Assembly (NCBI GenBank): GCA_965198175.1
Contig: OZ240245.1
Span: 2,112,001-2,176,000 of the forward strand
DNA length: 64,000 bases
Direction of reading: 5' to 3'
Origin: Candidatus Poribacteria bacterium
GTDB taxonomy: Bacteria; Poribacteria; WGA-4E; PCPOR2b
Position 1 is the first letter of the stretch. The number at the start of each line of letters is the position of its first letter. The notes below the pieces were generated by a model. That model did not search any database, was not told the DNA's origin, and saw nothing but the letters and a program-made list of their open reading frames with translations. This document shows positions 53,981 through 64,000 of the stretch, one piece after another. The position numbers and the translations under genes are program-made.

Positions 53981-54043
53981 CGAGATTGGACAAGAAGTTG
54001 CAATAGGAGCGCGTTTGGGGAGAATCCTATAACGTAGAGGTAA

Positions 54044-54415
54044 ATGATGCAACGCTTTTTCTTCATTTTAGGTTCTGGATTTGCGATGATTGGTGTCATT
54101 GCCGGCGCGTTCGGCGCGCATGGGCTTAAGGGAAGAATCTCAGGCGAGATGCTGGAGACCTTTGACGTTGCCGTCCGATATCAGATGTACCATGCACTAG
54201 GACTGCTCGCAGTTGCATGGGCTATCTCTCGGTGGCACAGCCAACCAATCCACATGGCGGGATGGTTATTCATCATCGGCATCCTCATTTTTTCAGGGAG
54301 CCTATATATTCTGAGCTTGACTGGAATCCGCTGGTTTGGGGCAATCACGCCCGTCGGTGGACTTGTCTTGATTGTAGGTTGGGTATGTCTCATCTGGGGG
54401 ACGATACGCAGCTAA
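54044..54415 (+). CDS. DUF423 membrane protein
   Basis: GAFGAHGL, YQMYHA, FSGSLY, ITPVGG. Confidence 0.93.
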   Translation: MMQRFFFILGSGFAMIGVIAGAFGAHGLKGRISGEMLETFDVAVRYQMYHALGLLAVAWAISRWHSQPIHMAGWLFIIGILIFSGSLYILSLTGIRWFGAITPVGGLVLIVGWVCLIWGTIRS

Positions 54416-54543
54416 CAGAGAATGTTGGCTATTCCATTTCTCTAAAACCGACTGCAATAACATCAGGATCACGATTTTTCTTTTTTTGCGGAGTATCGTT
54501 GTTCTGTTGATTCGCCCTTTCTCACGCATTGCACATCATGGAT

Positions 54544-56961
54544 CTATCCCGATATCTTGGTGAACTGAACACTGACGTGCACGAAATCAGCTGTGGGGCT
54601 GAACTCAACTGTATAGATGGGTTTGTTCCAGAGAAAGTGGTAATTAGAACCATAACACGCCGTCGCAACGGGAATATACTCTTCAGGGACGTGGACAAAC
54701 AGTGTTCCTTTACTATGTCTGGGGGGTTTGCAAACCGCTAAAAAGCTCTGGCTCCGTTGATCCCAACCGGCGGACAAAATTTCCACCGAACCTTGTGTGA
54801 AGTGGAGATCCGTCGCGAGCAGTTGAGGCGATTTCTGCTCGGCGCGTATCCCCAGCAGCTTGACGGAGCGCGGGGGTAGATTTAGCAAAGTGACGCTGCC
54901 TCGCGCGGCGCCCAAATATTCTTGACCCCAGAAATCATGTATAAGATAGTATTTGGATGGATCCAAACCGAGCGAATCTAAAGGAAAATAGATTTCGTCT
55001 ACATTATCTCCCCAATTGAACACACCAACGACATTCCAAGAATCATACGGCGTGTGAACTCGCAAATTCCAAATCCGCGGGAGTTCGTTTTCATATAGAT
55101 CCACCGGCGTTGCCGCCTGCCCGATCAGGGGAAATAGCTTGGCGATCAACTCTGCCCGAGCTGGTTCAAGTTTTGTGAAGTCATCTCCCCAGGTGACAAC
55201 CCCGCCACTCAACCCCGCCGCCGTAATTGTGACGAGTGCTTCATTTAATGGGATGGGCTCATCAATGACTAACGGGCCAAACTCACCGGTCCATGCGATG
55301 CCGTGCTTAGGTAGATGGGCTGCATAGGCGCTGATAAGCTGTTTGGCTCCGGCTTTGTGGTTCCAGGATTCATCGCCAATATTTCCTCGATAGTCCGCAA
55401 GCACGGAATGGACTGGGAAGCCGCCAATGCTCGGTCCATTGCATACATCTCCGGCTGCGAGGATTACGCTGCTGGGACTTTCTTCAATCACTTCATTAAG
55501 AGTTTGAATCCCGAGCCGGTAAAGCTCAACGGCAGTGAGCGATTGATTATGCCAGACATAACTGTCCGGATCCGACAACGGTCCCGCGGCATAATCCGAT
55601 AAATCCACTTTGACCAAATCATATCCCCACTCGTTAACAATCTGCTGAAGTCGATTGCGAATGTATGTTTGCGCTCCCGGATGCGAAACATCAAGCAGCG
55701 CTACTGTTGTTCCTGTTTCTGGCAAGGCAACCGTCGCCGGCTTATTCCGCACGCTTTGTAGAAAATACTGTGGGTGCGCTGTCAGTAAATCAGAGTCGAG
55801 GTTAACATGAAATGGAGCTAGTCGGATACCAGCTTTTAATGCTTTGGAATGAATCTGATCGACAACCGGCTTCATGCCATCCGGAAAGTTGTGGGGATTG
55901 ACCTTGAGGCTGTCAGCCGTTAGCTGCCATCGGTCTTCGATTAGGATATACTCCATACCTCCTGCTGGGGGTGGGTAGAACAATCGGTTTTGGGCAACCT
56001 GATTGACCTGCTCACTTATCCGTTTCGCAGTGATTGAATGCTGATTGCGGGCGGCATACACACTCCAACCAGAAAAAACACGATCGAGTTTTTTGGCATT
56101 CATGCATTTGGCAAGCATTTCGACATAGAGTCGATACGATTCTGTAACCTCGCTCGTAAAATTGAGATAAGCGGGTTCCGACTTTATTATCTCACCCGAT
56201 GCACAAGGAAAACTTTCACATGTGTGGTAAAGTGACCAGAGATTGATCCCTTGGTTTTCTCCTTTGTTCAGTTGTGGCTGTGAATTATATCCAACTTGAA
56301 TTGCTGAACTCCATTTTTGAGAACTTAGAAAACCGAAAACAAGGGATTGTTTGCTATCTGTATCATAAAACGCACCGTTATAAAACGGCTCTGTGGAAAC
56401 CTCTTTGTTAATGCTAAAACCGTCGTGAATGGTTTTGAGAGCTTGATTCGATGTCCTTTTCGTATCCAAGAAGATACGATAGCCAGATGGAGCACCGCCC
56501 AAGTAAACACATCCTTCCGTGCCGGTCCGTGCTTTATCGTGGGGCGAGGAGACGCCGATGACACTAATCCGATCGATCGCAATCGGCTTTCCACTCAAAT
56601 TTTCGACGCCGGCATGTAATACAATATAAGGCTTTCTGTTATAGCATTTCAGGTAAAGATGAGTTTGGATATCCCGGTTTTCCGGTTGATGAGAAAACGT
56701 AATGGGATGGCAAATGCCGAAGTCATCCTCGGTGATGGGGTGAGTTATAAAATCGCGAGATCCTACATCTAGCGTGGTGAACACCGTGCCGTCTTTTACG
56801 ATAACCTTAGTATATGCGTTCCGAATGATAGTCTGTCCTGCCTGATTCAAGTAGTCCCAAGTTCCTTGTGAAAGGTCATAACTAATCTGGAATAGATTAT
56901 TTTTCATTACGACCAAGTTGCCTTGTCGCTCAACAATTGAGTCGTATGTCCCTTGCCTCAT
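54544..56961 (-). CDS. Alpha-galactosidase-like glycoside hydrolase (GH36/GH27 clan)
   Basis: ILIEDRWQ, FPDGMK, LDVSHPG, GYDLVKVD, VFNW. Confidence 0.78.
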   Translation of the reverse strand: MRQGTYDSIVERQGNLVVMKNNLFQISYDLSQGTWDYLNQAGQTIIRNAYTKVIVKDGTVFTTLDVGSRDFITHPITEDDFGICHPITFSHQPENRDIQTHLYLKCYNRKPYIVLHAGVENLSGKPIAIDRISVIGVSSPHDKARTGTEGCVYLGGAPSGYRIFLDTKRTSNQALKTIHDGFSINKEVSTEPFYNGAFYDTDSKQSLVFGFLSSQKWSSAIQVGYNSQPQLNKGENQGINLWSLYHTCESFPCASGEIIKSEPAYLNFTSEVTESYRLYVEMLAKCMNAKKLDRVFSGWSVYAARNQHSITAKRISEQVNQVAQNRLFYPPPAGGMEYILIEDRWQLTADSLKVNPHNFPDGMKPVVDQIHSKALKAGIRLAPFHVNLDSDLLTAHPQYFLQSVRNKPATVALPETGTTVALLDVSHPGAQTYIRNRLQQIVNEWGYDLVKVDLSDYAAGPLSDPDSYVWHNQSLTAVELYRLGIQTLNEVIEESPSSVILAAGDVCNGPSIGGFPVHSVLADYRGNIGDESWNHKAGAKQLISAYAAHLPKHGIAWTGEFGPLVIDEPIPLNEALVTITAAGLSGGVVTWGDDFTKLEPARAELIAKLFPLIGQAATPVDLYENELPRIWNLRVHTPYDSWNVVGVFNWGDNVDEIYFPLDSLGLDPSKYYLIHDFWGQEYLGAARGSVTLLNLPPRSVKLLGIRAEQKSPQLLATDLHFTQGSVEILSAGWDQRSQSFLAVCKPPRHSKGTLFVHVPEEYIPVATACYGSNYHFLWNKPIYTVEFSPTADFVHVSVQFTKISG

Positions 56962-57347
56962 ACAAATCCTCCATCCGTGATTTTTCCTTCAAGATTGGTT
57001 AATTAGTGGCGTTGTTTAATTTTTATTGGTGTAGTGGTAGGGTTTACCGGCTTACGAGAATGGGATTGTTCTTTTATTGATTACGCAATTTAGTCTCTAA
57101 ACTAGCACCATAATGATTTCCATGTACCAAAATTGGAACAGCAAAGGAGACTCGTCAAACCGATGCAACACGTTGGATATGTTAACCTTTTGCGTCCGGC
57201 TTGCTTTTGCGTCGTCACAGAATTTCGCGATTCTGGAATCCGTCAAGATTATGAATTATAAGCGAGTCTCACGCTGAAATGTTAGAGATTCGCCCGGCTG
57301 TTAGACATCAATTCTCCCGTCTGCTACACTTTAACTTGGATTAACTA

Positions 57348-57433
57348 CAGTTATTATAACTGAAAATCACACAGAAATCAAGGTTAATCTTCATGCTTTT
57401 TCCCTTGACATTCCCTAAGTCACGTTGTAATAT
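57348..57433. promoter_or_regulatory. Back-to-back sigma70 promoters with palindromic operator
   Basis: Plus: TTGACA(57405)-N17-TAATAT(57428). Minus: TTGATT(57381-57376)-N17-TATAAT(57358-57353). Palindrome CAGTTAT-T-ATAACTG at 57348-57362. Confidence 0.6.
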
Positions 57434-57471
57434 GAAAAAAGACATTTACAAACGAAAGCGAGGTGCGACAA

Positions 57472-57675
57472 ATGAAAGGATTCAGAGACAGGTTGACTGT
57501 TGATATTTTCTCGTCGTTCACGGAGAAAGATGCAGAGAAAATCAAAGAGGCTGCGAAGCGATTGAACGTGAGCCGTTCTGAATTGATACGTGTCTGTGTG
57601 CTTAACGAATTGCCGAAACTACTCGAACGCGAAAACAAGCGGAGAAACTATCGTAGAACCTGTAGAGAAAACTAA
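57472..57675 (+). CDS. Ribbon-helix-helix (CopG-like) regulator
   Basis: EKIKEAAKRLNVSRSELIR; GAGG RBS. Confidence 0.75.
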   Translation: MKGFRDRLTVDIFSSFTEKDAEKIKEAAKRLNVSRSELIRVCVLNELPKLLERENKRRNYRRTCREN

Positions 57676-57719
57676 TCCGAACCCACACCACGCTTGAGTT
57701 TGAAGCAGGGAGATTTATC

Positions 57720-57821
57720 ATGCCAGTTGAAACTTGGAAGCGCCTATCACTGCAGCGAATTGAAAGAATTGATGCAGCGCTCAATTGTTACATTCAGCAA
57801 CGGAAACGTGACAACACATGA
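57720..57821 (+). CDS. 33-aa micro-ORF
   Basis: GGGAG RBS; MPVETWKRLSLQRIERIDAALNCYIQQRKRDNT; stop overlaps the next ATG (ATGA). Confidence 0.45.
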   Translation: MPVETWKRLSLQRIERIDAALNCYIQQRKRDNT

Positions 57822-58027
57822 TAGCGACACACATCACCCATGAGCACGCCTACCAGCAGATTAATCAAGAAGACATGATTAAGCCATCCCGTCCCCTTCG
57901 CCCAAGTCTGGAAGGGTTCGGAGGGTACGGGTTCGGGGCAGACGGGTTGGCAGGCGATAGCCGTTTCGTGTTCTTGAGTCTAAACGAATACCTAAACCAT
58001 GGGAGACTAGACGATGAAAACGACTGA
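57818..58027 (+). CDS. 69-aa hypothetical ORF
   Basis: ATGA-coupled to the micro-ORF and overlaps the start of the helicase; no homolog recognised. Confidence 0.35.
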   Translation: MIATHITHEHAYQQINQEDMIKPSRPLRPSLEGFGGYGFGADGLAGDSRFVFLSLNEYLNHGRLDDEND

Positions 58028-59969
58028 TGCAGGAGCGAAGGCGAGAAAAATTCTCGGTCCCGGCGGATTGATTGCAAAACATTTAACAGACTATGAGCAT
58101 CGGCCCCAGCAACTTGCAATGGCGGAAGCAGTTGGCAGCGCATTATCTCAAAAGGAACATCTTATCGTTGAAGCTGGAACTGGTGTTGGTAAGAGTTTCG
58201 CCTACCTTGTACCTGCAATAGTATACGCTTTAGCCACCGACGAAAAGGTGGTAATCTCGACTAATACGATTAACTTGCAAGAGCAACTGATTAACAAGGA
58301 TATTCCGTTCCTCAAACAAGTGATTGGGGAGGACTTCAAAGTCGCGTTGGCCGAAGGGCGTAGCAATTACCTATCAATCCGTCGTCTCCGTCGTCATGAG
58401 GAAAAAGGGCGAGGCATTTTTGACCGAGAATCAGATTTTAATGAATTTGAGCGAATTAAGGAATGGGCTTCCCAAACATCGGATGGAAATAAAGCATCTA
58501 TTGAACCCCAACCGTCACAATCAATTTGGCTTGAGATTGCTTCGGACAGACATGATTGCCTAGGGAAAGAATGTCCGACTTACTCTAAATGCTTCTATTT
58601 CAAGATGAGGAAGCTAGTGTCTCAAGCCGACCTCATTATAACCAATCACCATCTCCTTTTTACAGATCTGGAGATAAAAATGAAGGGAGGAAAAGGTGTT
58701 CTGCCCAACTACCTTTACCTTATCCTTGATGAGGCGCATCATATTGAGAAGGCTGTAACGAAACAGTTTGGGATAGAGTTAAGCAACACCCGAGTGGAAA
58801 GATACCTTAATTCGCTTTACAATGTGAAAGGTACAAAGGGACTCTTTATTCGCAAAAATTCCCCGACTGAACTTGTCGAAGATACATGGAGAGCATGGGA
58901 AAATCAATTTGCAGCTATCAGGCAGTTTACTGGCGGTTTGCCAACGCGCTTAATCGAGTCTACTTATTTTGTGGAAAACCTATTGAGCGAACCACTATCC
59001 AAAATAGGAACTCACTTAAAAAAGTTGAGCGACAATGCAGTTAGCGAAGACGACAAACAAGAACTTTTTTCACATAAAAATAGATGCGATGATATCCGTT
59101 CCGATTTCGAGTTGATGCTTGACCATAGGCGCCACGATCATGTGTACTGGATAGAGGAAAACCAGTCTCGCAACGTGCTTCATGCAAACCCGTTAAACGT
59201 CGGCGATACTTTAAATGAGAATCTATTCCAAAAAAAGAATTCCGTAATCATGACCAGCGCCACCCTTTCAACCAACCGGAATTTCGACCACATTCGAAAG
59301 CGGTTGGGGCTGACTCAAGCTCGTTCTTTACTTGTTGGTTCACCATTCAAATATCAACAGCAGGTCAAATATTATTGTCCCTCTGACATGCCAGACCCTA
59401 ATTCTCCTCATTTCACAAAAGCCTCCGCATCGAAAATTCGCATTTATCTTGAACACACGCATGGTAAAGCATTCGTCCTTTTTACCAGTTACCGTATGAT
59501 GGACGAGGTTTATCAGGAAGTGCAACCTTATGTTGAGCAACTTGGGATTGACGTAATTAAACAAGGTCAGGGGATTTCACGTAGTGCTATGTTGGCGGAG
59601 TTTAAGAAGAATTTAAATTCGGTTCTGTTCGGAACTTCCAGTTTTTGGGAGGGCGTTGATGTGCAAGGCGAATCATTGAGTTCTGTGATTATTGTCAAGT
59701 TACCCTTTGAAGTCCCTACACACCCCTTAGTCGAGGCGAAACATAAACGGATAAAAGCAAACGGCGGCGATCCCTTTTCGGAGTTAAGTTTGCCTGAAGC
59801 GATTATCCGATTCAAACAGGGGTTTGGTCGGTTAATCCGAACAAAAACTGACACGGGGATTTTCGTTGTGCTTGATCCCCGCATAAACTCCAAGGAGTAC
59901 GGTAAGCAATTTTGGAAATCGCTTAACGTCCAAAAGGAGACTATCAATCCATGCATCGAGAGCGATTAA
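58014..59969 (+). CDS. DinG/YoaA family ATP-dependent helicase
   Basis: Q motif RPQQ, EAGTGVGKS, STNTINLQEQL, CLGKECPTYSKC, DEAH, TSATL, SFWEGVD, QGFGRLIR. Confidence 0.95.
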   Translation: MKTTDAGAKARKILGPGGLIAKHLTDYEHRPQQLAMAEAVGSALSQKEHLIVEAGTGVGKSFAYLVPAIVYALATDEKVVISTNTINLQEQLINKDIPFLKQVIGEDFKVALAEGRSNYLSIRRLRRHEEKGRGIFDRESDFNEFERIKEWASQTSDGNKASIEPQPSQSIWLEIASDRHDCLGKECPTYSKCFYFKMRKLVSQADLIITNHHLLFTDLEIKMKGGKGVLPNYLYLILDEAHHIEKAVTKQFGIELSNTRVERYLNSLYNVKGTKGLFIRKNSPTELVEDTWRAWENQFAAIRQFTGGLPTRLIESTYFVENLLSEPLSKIGTHLKKLSDNAVSEDDKQELFSHKNRCDDIRSDFELMLDHRRHDHVYWIEENQSRNVLHANPLNVGDTLNENLFQKKNSVIMTSATLSTNRNFDHIRKRLGLTQARSLLVGSPFKYQQQVKYYCPSDMPDPNSPHFTKASASKIRIYLEHTHGKAFVLFTSYRMMDEVYQEVQPYVEQLGIDVIKQGQGISRSAMLAEFKKNLNSVLFGTSSFWEGVDVQGESLSSVIIVKLPFEVPTHPLVEAKHKRIKANGGDPFSELSLPEAIIRFKQGFGRLIRTKTDTGIFVVLDPRINSKEYGKQFWKSLNVQKETINPCIESD

Positions 59970-60067
59970 CCCAAAATGGGTGACCGTGAAAACAAGCGGT
60001 GAAACAACTGAAGAACCTACGAGCAAAACTAGGAGCAAACCCCGTCCACTACTGTTCATTTGTGCAC

Positions 60068-61261
60068 CTAGCACACATCCTTATAAGCTGTATAGTCCGG
60101 ATCAATCTCATCAACCCGAACAGGGCGCCCTTCACGGGCTGAACGAATTGTCGCTAAGGTGCACCGCACGGTATGTACTCCATCCTCGCCAGCGGAGCGC
60201 GGCTGACGGTCTTGCAAGATGCAGTCGATGAGGTGGTGAACCTGGTTAACATGGCCTTGGCTGTAATAACAGATATCCGACTGCCAGACATCGTCTCCGC
60301 CTTCATCGAAGCGAAAATAGCGTGTCTCTCTACCTTCTTGGTGGAGAACAAGATGCTGCTGCTGTCCTTCCCACAAGAGGTTGTGACCGCCCTCTCCTAG
60401 GACTTCAATCGCCCCCTTTTCGCCGATTATCGTCGTGCTGAAGCCTCGCATGTAGTCGTATTTTCCGTTTAACCTCTCGGCTCGCATCCAAACGCCCTGG
60501 CAATCGGTATCGTCATATTTCCATGTGATGATGGGGATATCGACCTCAGGGATTGTATATGGGTCATGATCCGCCCCGCTCTTTTTCGCATTGATTCGGC
60601 AGGTGCCTGCAACCGTGTGGACCTCAGTGATTTTCCGATCTAACATCAAGTATTCAGCTGCAGCAAAGAAATGTACTGCATGGTCGAAGATCCACGGATA
60701 ATCACCACCGCCGGACTTTTCCCCATCCACGCGCCAGTGACGCGCGGCGGAATCTATATGCGCTGAACCCCTTTTCCGCTCCAGCCAAGCCCCATGCCGT
60801 TGTCGCATCTGCAAGGGGCGTCCGATTTCGCCAGCTTCAATTAACTCACGTGCTTTCATATGCGAAGTAATAAAGACATAAGTTTCGCCCACAACTAACT
60901 TTACCCCATTCCGGTGCGCGGCTTCGCAGGCTTCGAGCCCTTCGATCATACTGCGGCAGAAGGGTTTTTCACAGTGTACATGCTTTCCAGCCCCGCTAGC
61001 CTGTCGCGTCATGGCAGCGTGCAGGAAAGTCGGTGTTCCAATATCAACGGTGTTGATTGAAGCTCGTCCCAGCATGTCTTCATAAGCTGTATACACATTC
61101 GCAACGCCGTGTGTCGCTGCGAATTGTTCGGCTCTCCCTCTATCCAAATCGCAGACAGCCACGACTTCGGCGTGTGGATGGCTTTCATACCCTTTTAAAT
61201 GGGAAGTTGCCACATGTCCCAATCCGACCATACCAACCCTTACAGATTCCGAACTCATCAA
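60068..61261 (-). CDS. Gfo/Idh/MocA family oxidoreductase
   Basis: VGLGHVA, GKHVHCEKP, DHAVH. Confidence 0.92.
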   Translation of the reverse strand: MMSSESVRVGMVGLGHVATSHLKGYESHPHAEVVAVCDLDRGRAEQFAATHGVANVYTAYEDMLGRASINTVDIGTPTFLHAAMTRQASGAGKHVHCEKPFCRSMIEGLEACEAAHRNGVKLVVGETYVFITSHMKARELIEAGEIGRPLQMRQRHGAWLERKRGSAHIDSAARHWRVDGEKSGGGDYPWIFDHAVHFFAAAEYLMLDRKITEVHTVAGTCRINAKKSGADHDPYTIPEVDIPIITWKYDDTDCQGVWMRAERLNGKYDYMRGFSTTIIGEKGAIEVLGEGGHNLLWEGQQQHLVLHQEGRETRYFRFDEGGDDVWQSDICYYSQGHVNQVHHLIDCILQDRQPRSAGEDGVHTVRCTLATIRSAREGRPVRVDEIDPDYTAYKDVC

Positions 61262-61311
61262 AATATCCTCGGAGAAATGTCCGCGCGTGTTTGTTTAACT
61301 TTATGAAAGGT

Positions 61312-63225
61312 TCACTTATAACTGCGTTGGGTAGGTTCGATATTTTCAAAGGTTAGAGGTTCTTTGTGAAGAATCGGATTATGATCTTCGCCTGCGTATT
61401 CCCATGCTGCAACATACGAGAACTTCTCATCGTCGCGTTTAGCTTCGCCCTCCAGCGTTTGACATTCTTCACGGAAGTGGACGCCGCAGGACTCTCGGCG
61501 ATGCAGGGCGTCCCGTGCCATCAATTCGCCTAATTCCAGATAATCTGCGACCCTGCCGGCGAACTCGAGGTTCTTATTCAACGTCTCGCCACTACCTGGG
61601 ATCATGACGTTTTCCCAAAATTCGTTACGCAGTCTGCAAATTTCTACTAACGTATGTTTTAGCCCTACTTCATGGCGTGATATCCCCACGCGGTTCCAGA
61701 GAACATGACCGAGTTCGCGGTGAAATTGCTTTACGGTTTTTTTGCCTTCGATGGAGAGGAGTTTTCTGATCTTCGCGTTGACTTCCGCCCCTATTTCTTT
61801 GAACGCTGGATGAGCTGTTGTGACTTTTGGGAGTTCAGCGCCGGCAAGATAATTGCCAATGGTCGAAGGGATGATGAAATACCCATCGCCTAACGTTTGC
61901 ATCAAAGCGCTTGCGCCGAGACGGTTGGCGCCGTGGTCGGAGAAATTTGCTTCGCCCAACACGTGCAAACCAGGGATGGTACTCATTAAATTATAGTCTA
62001 CCCACAACCCACCCATCGGGTAGTGTGCAGCCGGATAGATGCGCATCGGCATCTCGTAAGCGTTTTCGCCCGTAATTCGGTGATACATATCAAACAGGTT
62101 GCCGTATTTCTCGCTGATGTATTCTACCCCGCGTTCTTTGATGGCATCAGTAAAATCCAGATATACAGCAAAGCCCGTTTCACCGATGCCATAACCTTCA
62201 TCGCACATTGCTTTCGTGCTTCTTGATGCGATATCGCGAGGCACCAGATTTCCGTAGCTGGGATATTGCCGCTCAAGGTAGTAATCTCTTTCTGACTCCG
62301 GAATCTCATTGTGCCGGCGCTTATCACCCTTCTTTTTCGGCAACCAAACGCGGCCATCGTTCCGAAGACTTTCACTCATCGCAGTTAGCTTCGATTGATG
62401 ATTGTCGGAAACAGGGAGACACGTGGGATGAATCTGCACAAAGCATGGGTTGGCAAAGAAGGCTCCTCGCTTGTGACAGCGCCAGATAGCCGTCGCATTG
62501 GAATTCAAGGCATTCGTAGAGAGATAGTAGGCATTTCCGTAGCCGCCTGTCGCCAGGACCACGGCATCCCCCGCATGGTACTCAATTTCGCCGGTAATCA
62601 GATTTCGGGCGACAATCCCCCGGGCTTTCCCGTCAATGACGACAAGTTCCAACATCTCCCGACGTGGATACATCTGCGCCCTTTCCGCATTGACCTGACA
62701 CATTAAGGCGCCGTATGCGCCGAGCAACAATTGTTGCCCCGTTTGTCCACGACAGTAGAACGTTCGGGAAACTTGCGCGCCGCCAAAAGATCGGTTTGAA
62801 AGCAAACCGTCATACTCCCTATTAAATGGAACGCCTTGTGCTACACTCTGGTCGATAATGTTAACGCTTATCTGCGCAAGTCGATATACATTCGCTTCCC
62901 GTGAGCGGAAATCCCCACCCTTGATGGTGTCGTAAAACAATCGCCAGATACTATCGCCGTCACCTGCATAGTTCTTTGCCGCGTTGATACCACCTTGGGC
63001 GGCAATACTATGGGCTCTTCGAGGGGAATCCTGAATGCAGAAACTCTTAACATTGTAACCTAAACCAGCAAGTGTGGAGGCGGCAGACGCTCCTGCCAAA
63101 CCTGTGCCGACAACCAATATAGTGAATTTTCGCCTGTTAGAAGGGCTGACGAGCTTCATCTCAAATTTGTGTCTATCCCATTTTTCGGGCAGCGCTCCGC
63201 CTGGAATTTTGGCGTCGAGTTTCAT
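61312..63225 (-). CDS. sdhA: Succinate dehydrogenase / fumarate reductase flavoprotein subunit
   Basis: [46 protein letters not shown]. Confidence 0.95.
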   Translation of the reverse strand: MKLDAKIPGGALPEKWDRHKFEMKLVSPSNRRKFTILVVGTGLAGASAASTLAGLGYNVKSFCIQDSPRRAHSIAAQGGINAAKNYAGDGDSIWRLFYDTIKGGDFRSREANVYRLAQISVNIIDQSVAQGVPFNREYDGLLSNRSFGGAQVSRTFYCRGQTGQQLLLGAYGALMCQVNAERAQMYPRREMLELVVIDGKARGIVARNLITGEIEYHAGDAVVLATGGYGNAYYLSTNALNSNATAIWRCHKRGAFFANPCFVQIHPTCLPVSDNHQSKLTAMSESLRNDGRVWLPKKKGDKRRHNEIPESERDYYLERQYPSYGNLVPRDIASRSTKAMCDEGYGIGETGFAVYLDFTDAIKERGVEYISEKYGNLFDMYHRITGENAYEMPMRIYPAAHYPMGGLWVDYNLMSTIPGLHVLGEANFSDHGANRLGASALMQTLGDGYFIIPSTIGNYLAGAELPKVTTAHPAFKEIGAEVNAKIRKLLSIEGKKTVKQFHRELGHVLWNRVGISRHEVGLKHTLVEICRLRNEFWENVMIPGSGETLNKNLEFAGRVADYLELGELMARDALHRRESCGVHFREECQTLEGEAKRDDEKFSYVAAWEYAGEDHNPILHKEPLTFENIEPTQRSYK

Positions 63226-63299
63226 TACAAGTCTCCCGTAAAATTAATTGTGTCAGTAGATAAGATTTTCCCTGCAATATGATAGTACAATGTAGTCTC

Positions 63300-64000
63300 T
63301 TAATTCAACACCGGATGCCAGCCCATGTTATATACTGTAATTTTGAAAGTTGCATTGATGATGCTCCAAAGACAGCCAAAGGTGTAGTCTCCCAGTATCA
63401 AGCCCGCAAAAAACGGAATGGCGCGCCGGTATGCTTTCAAACCGCCATACCGAAGGATGCTTAATTTGATAGCCCAGCTGATTAACACCGGCACCCAAAT
63501 ATAAACCATCTCTGCCGGACTCACTCCCAGCACATAACCTACCGGGTGAAACGGCCACCACAGGAATCGCATCTTCATCGCTAATAGGAGGCCGGTTATA
63601 GCCACACCGAGTCCCATAAATCCGGTTGTCACGTAGTTGTGTCCCGTCGGGAAAGTTAACCACCCTTGAAGGCGCTGGTCAAAGATTTCCCGTCCTAGAC
63701 CCGTGATGCCGGCGCCACTATGTTGATACGCGAGGCAGAGATGTATTAGAAAGCTCACCGGTATCCCCACAGCGAAGGCGAGAATCATCGCCCAAACGAG
63801 CGTTCGATTATTGATATGGGCTTGTTCGCCAATCCGAAAAGCCTCGAGCTGATTCGGCATCGGATGAGCGGGTTGGTCCCGATTTAATCCATAAAAGAAC
63901 GCGAGCACCGTTAAGTTTCGTGGACCAATCGTCCGCGTTCCCATCGAGGTCACAAGTGTTCGCCCGGGATCTATCCATAACAACTCATGAACAGCCGCGC
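63300..64000 (-). CDS. Multi-TM DUF6784/DUF6785-type membrane protein, 5' part outside the window
   Basis: WWPFHPVGY, ILRYGG, PFFAGLILG; frame runs off the window end. Confidence 0.7.
   Translation of the reverse strand, partial: AAVHELLWIDPGRTLVTSMGTRTIGPRNLTVLAFFYGLNRDQPAHPMPNQLEAFRIGEQAHINNRTLVWAMILAFAVGIPVSFLIHLCLAYQHSGAGITGLGREIFDQRLQGWLTFPTGHNYVTTGFMGLGVAITGLLLAMKMRFLWWPFHPVGYVLGVSPAEMVYIWVPVLISWAIKLSILRYGGLKAYRRAIPFFAGLILGDYTFGCLWSIINATFKITVYNMGWHPVLN

Larger units (their letters stand above)
44489..53992. mobile_element. Putative degenerate genomic island bounded by 12-bp direct repeat CGAGATTGGACA
   Basis: Identical 12-mer at 44489-44500 (pepA 3' codons) and 53981-53992. Cargo is phage-like, R-M and SOS genes, several broken. 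No integrase found. Confidence 0.55.

Noticed and set aside
58014..59969. CasDinG of a type IV CRISPR system
   Set aside because: No csf/cas genes or repeat array nearby.
57031..60052. GTAGTGG..GGGTTT inverted motifs flanking the DinG cassette as transposon ends
   Set aside because: Short and gapped, with no target duplication or transposase; could be chance or worn REPs.

Overview
Bacterial chromosomal DNA, mostly housekeeping genes: tyrS, surE, nadK, recN, aroE, zapA, comEA, msrA, dnaK, pepA, an rrf2-cysK-cysH-moaD-like sulfur operon and an orphan sdhA-type flavoprotein. The gene mix (PhyH dioxygenase, FGE-sulfatase domain protein, Gfo/Idh/MocA, DUF6785-type membrane protein, YCF48-like protein) suggests Candidatus Poribacteria or a relative; this is inference only. 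The main accessory feature is a ~9.5 kb decaying island (44489-53992) bounded by an exact 12-bp direct repeat that overlaps the 3' end of pepA. It carries a promoter followed at once by a terminator, a phage TerS-like gene coupled to an unknown ORF, a REP-doublet-like element, a broken type IIG R-M gene, a broken imuB-dnaE2 cassette and an intact SRAP gene. Other points of interest: an S1/P1-nuclease/PLC-like + DmpA fusion protein, an RHH + micro-ORF + DinG cassette behind back-to-back promoters, a sigma54 promoter with paired enhancer-like palindromes upstream of a response regulator and dnaK, and a palindromic in-frame insert in a ferredoxin oxidoreductase gene. No tRNA, rRNA, CRISPR array, integrase or transposase was recognised. 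All family calls come from motif recognition by eye, not from database searches.
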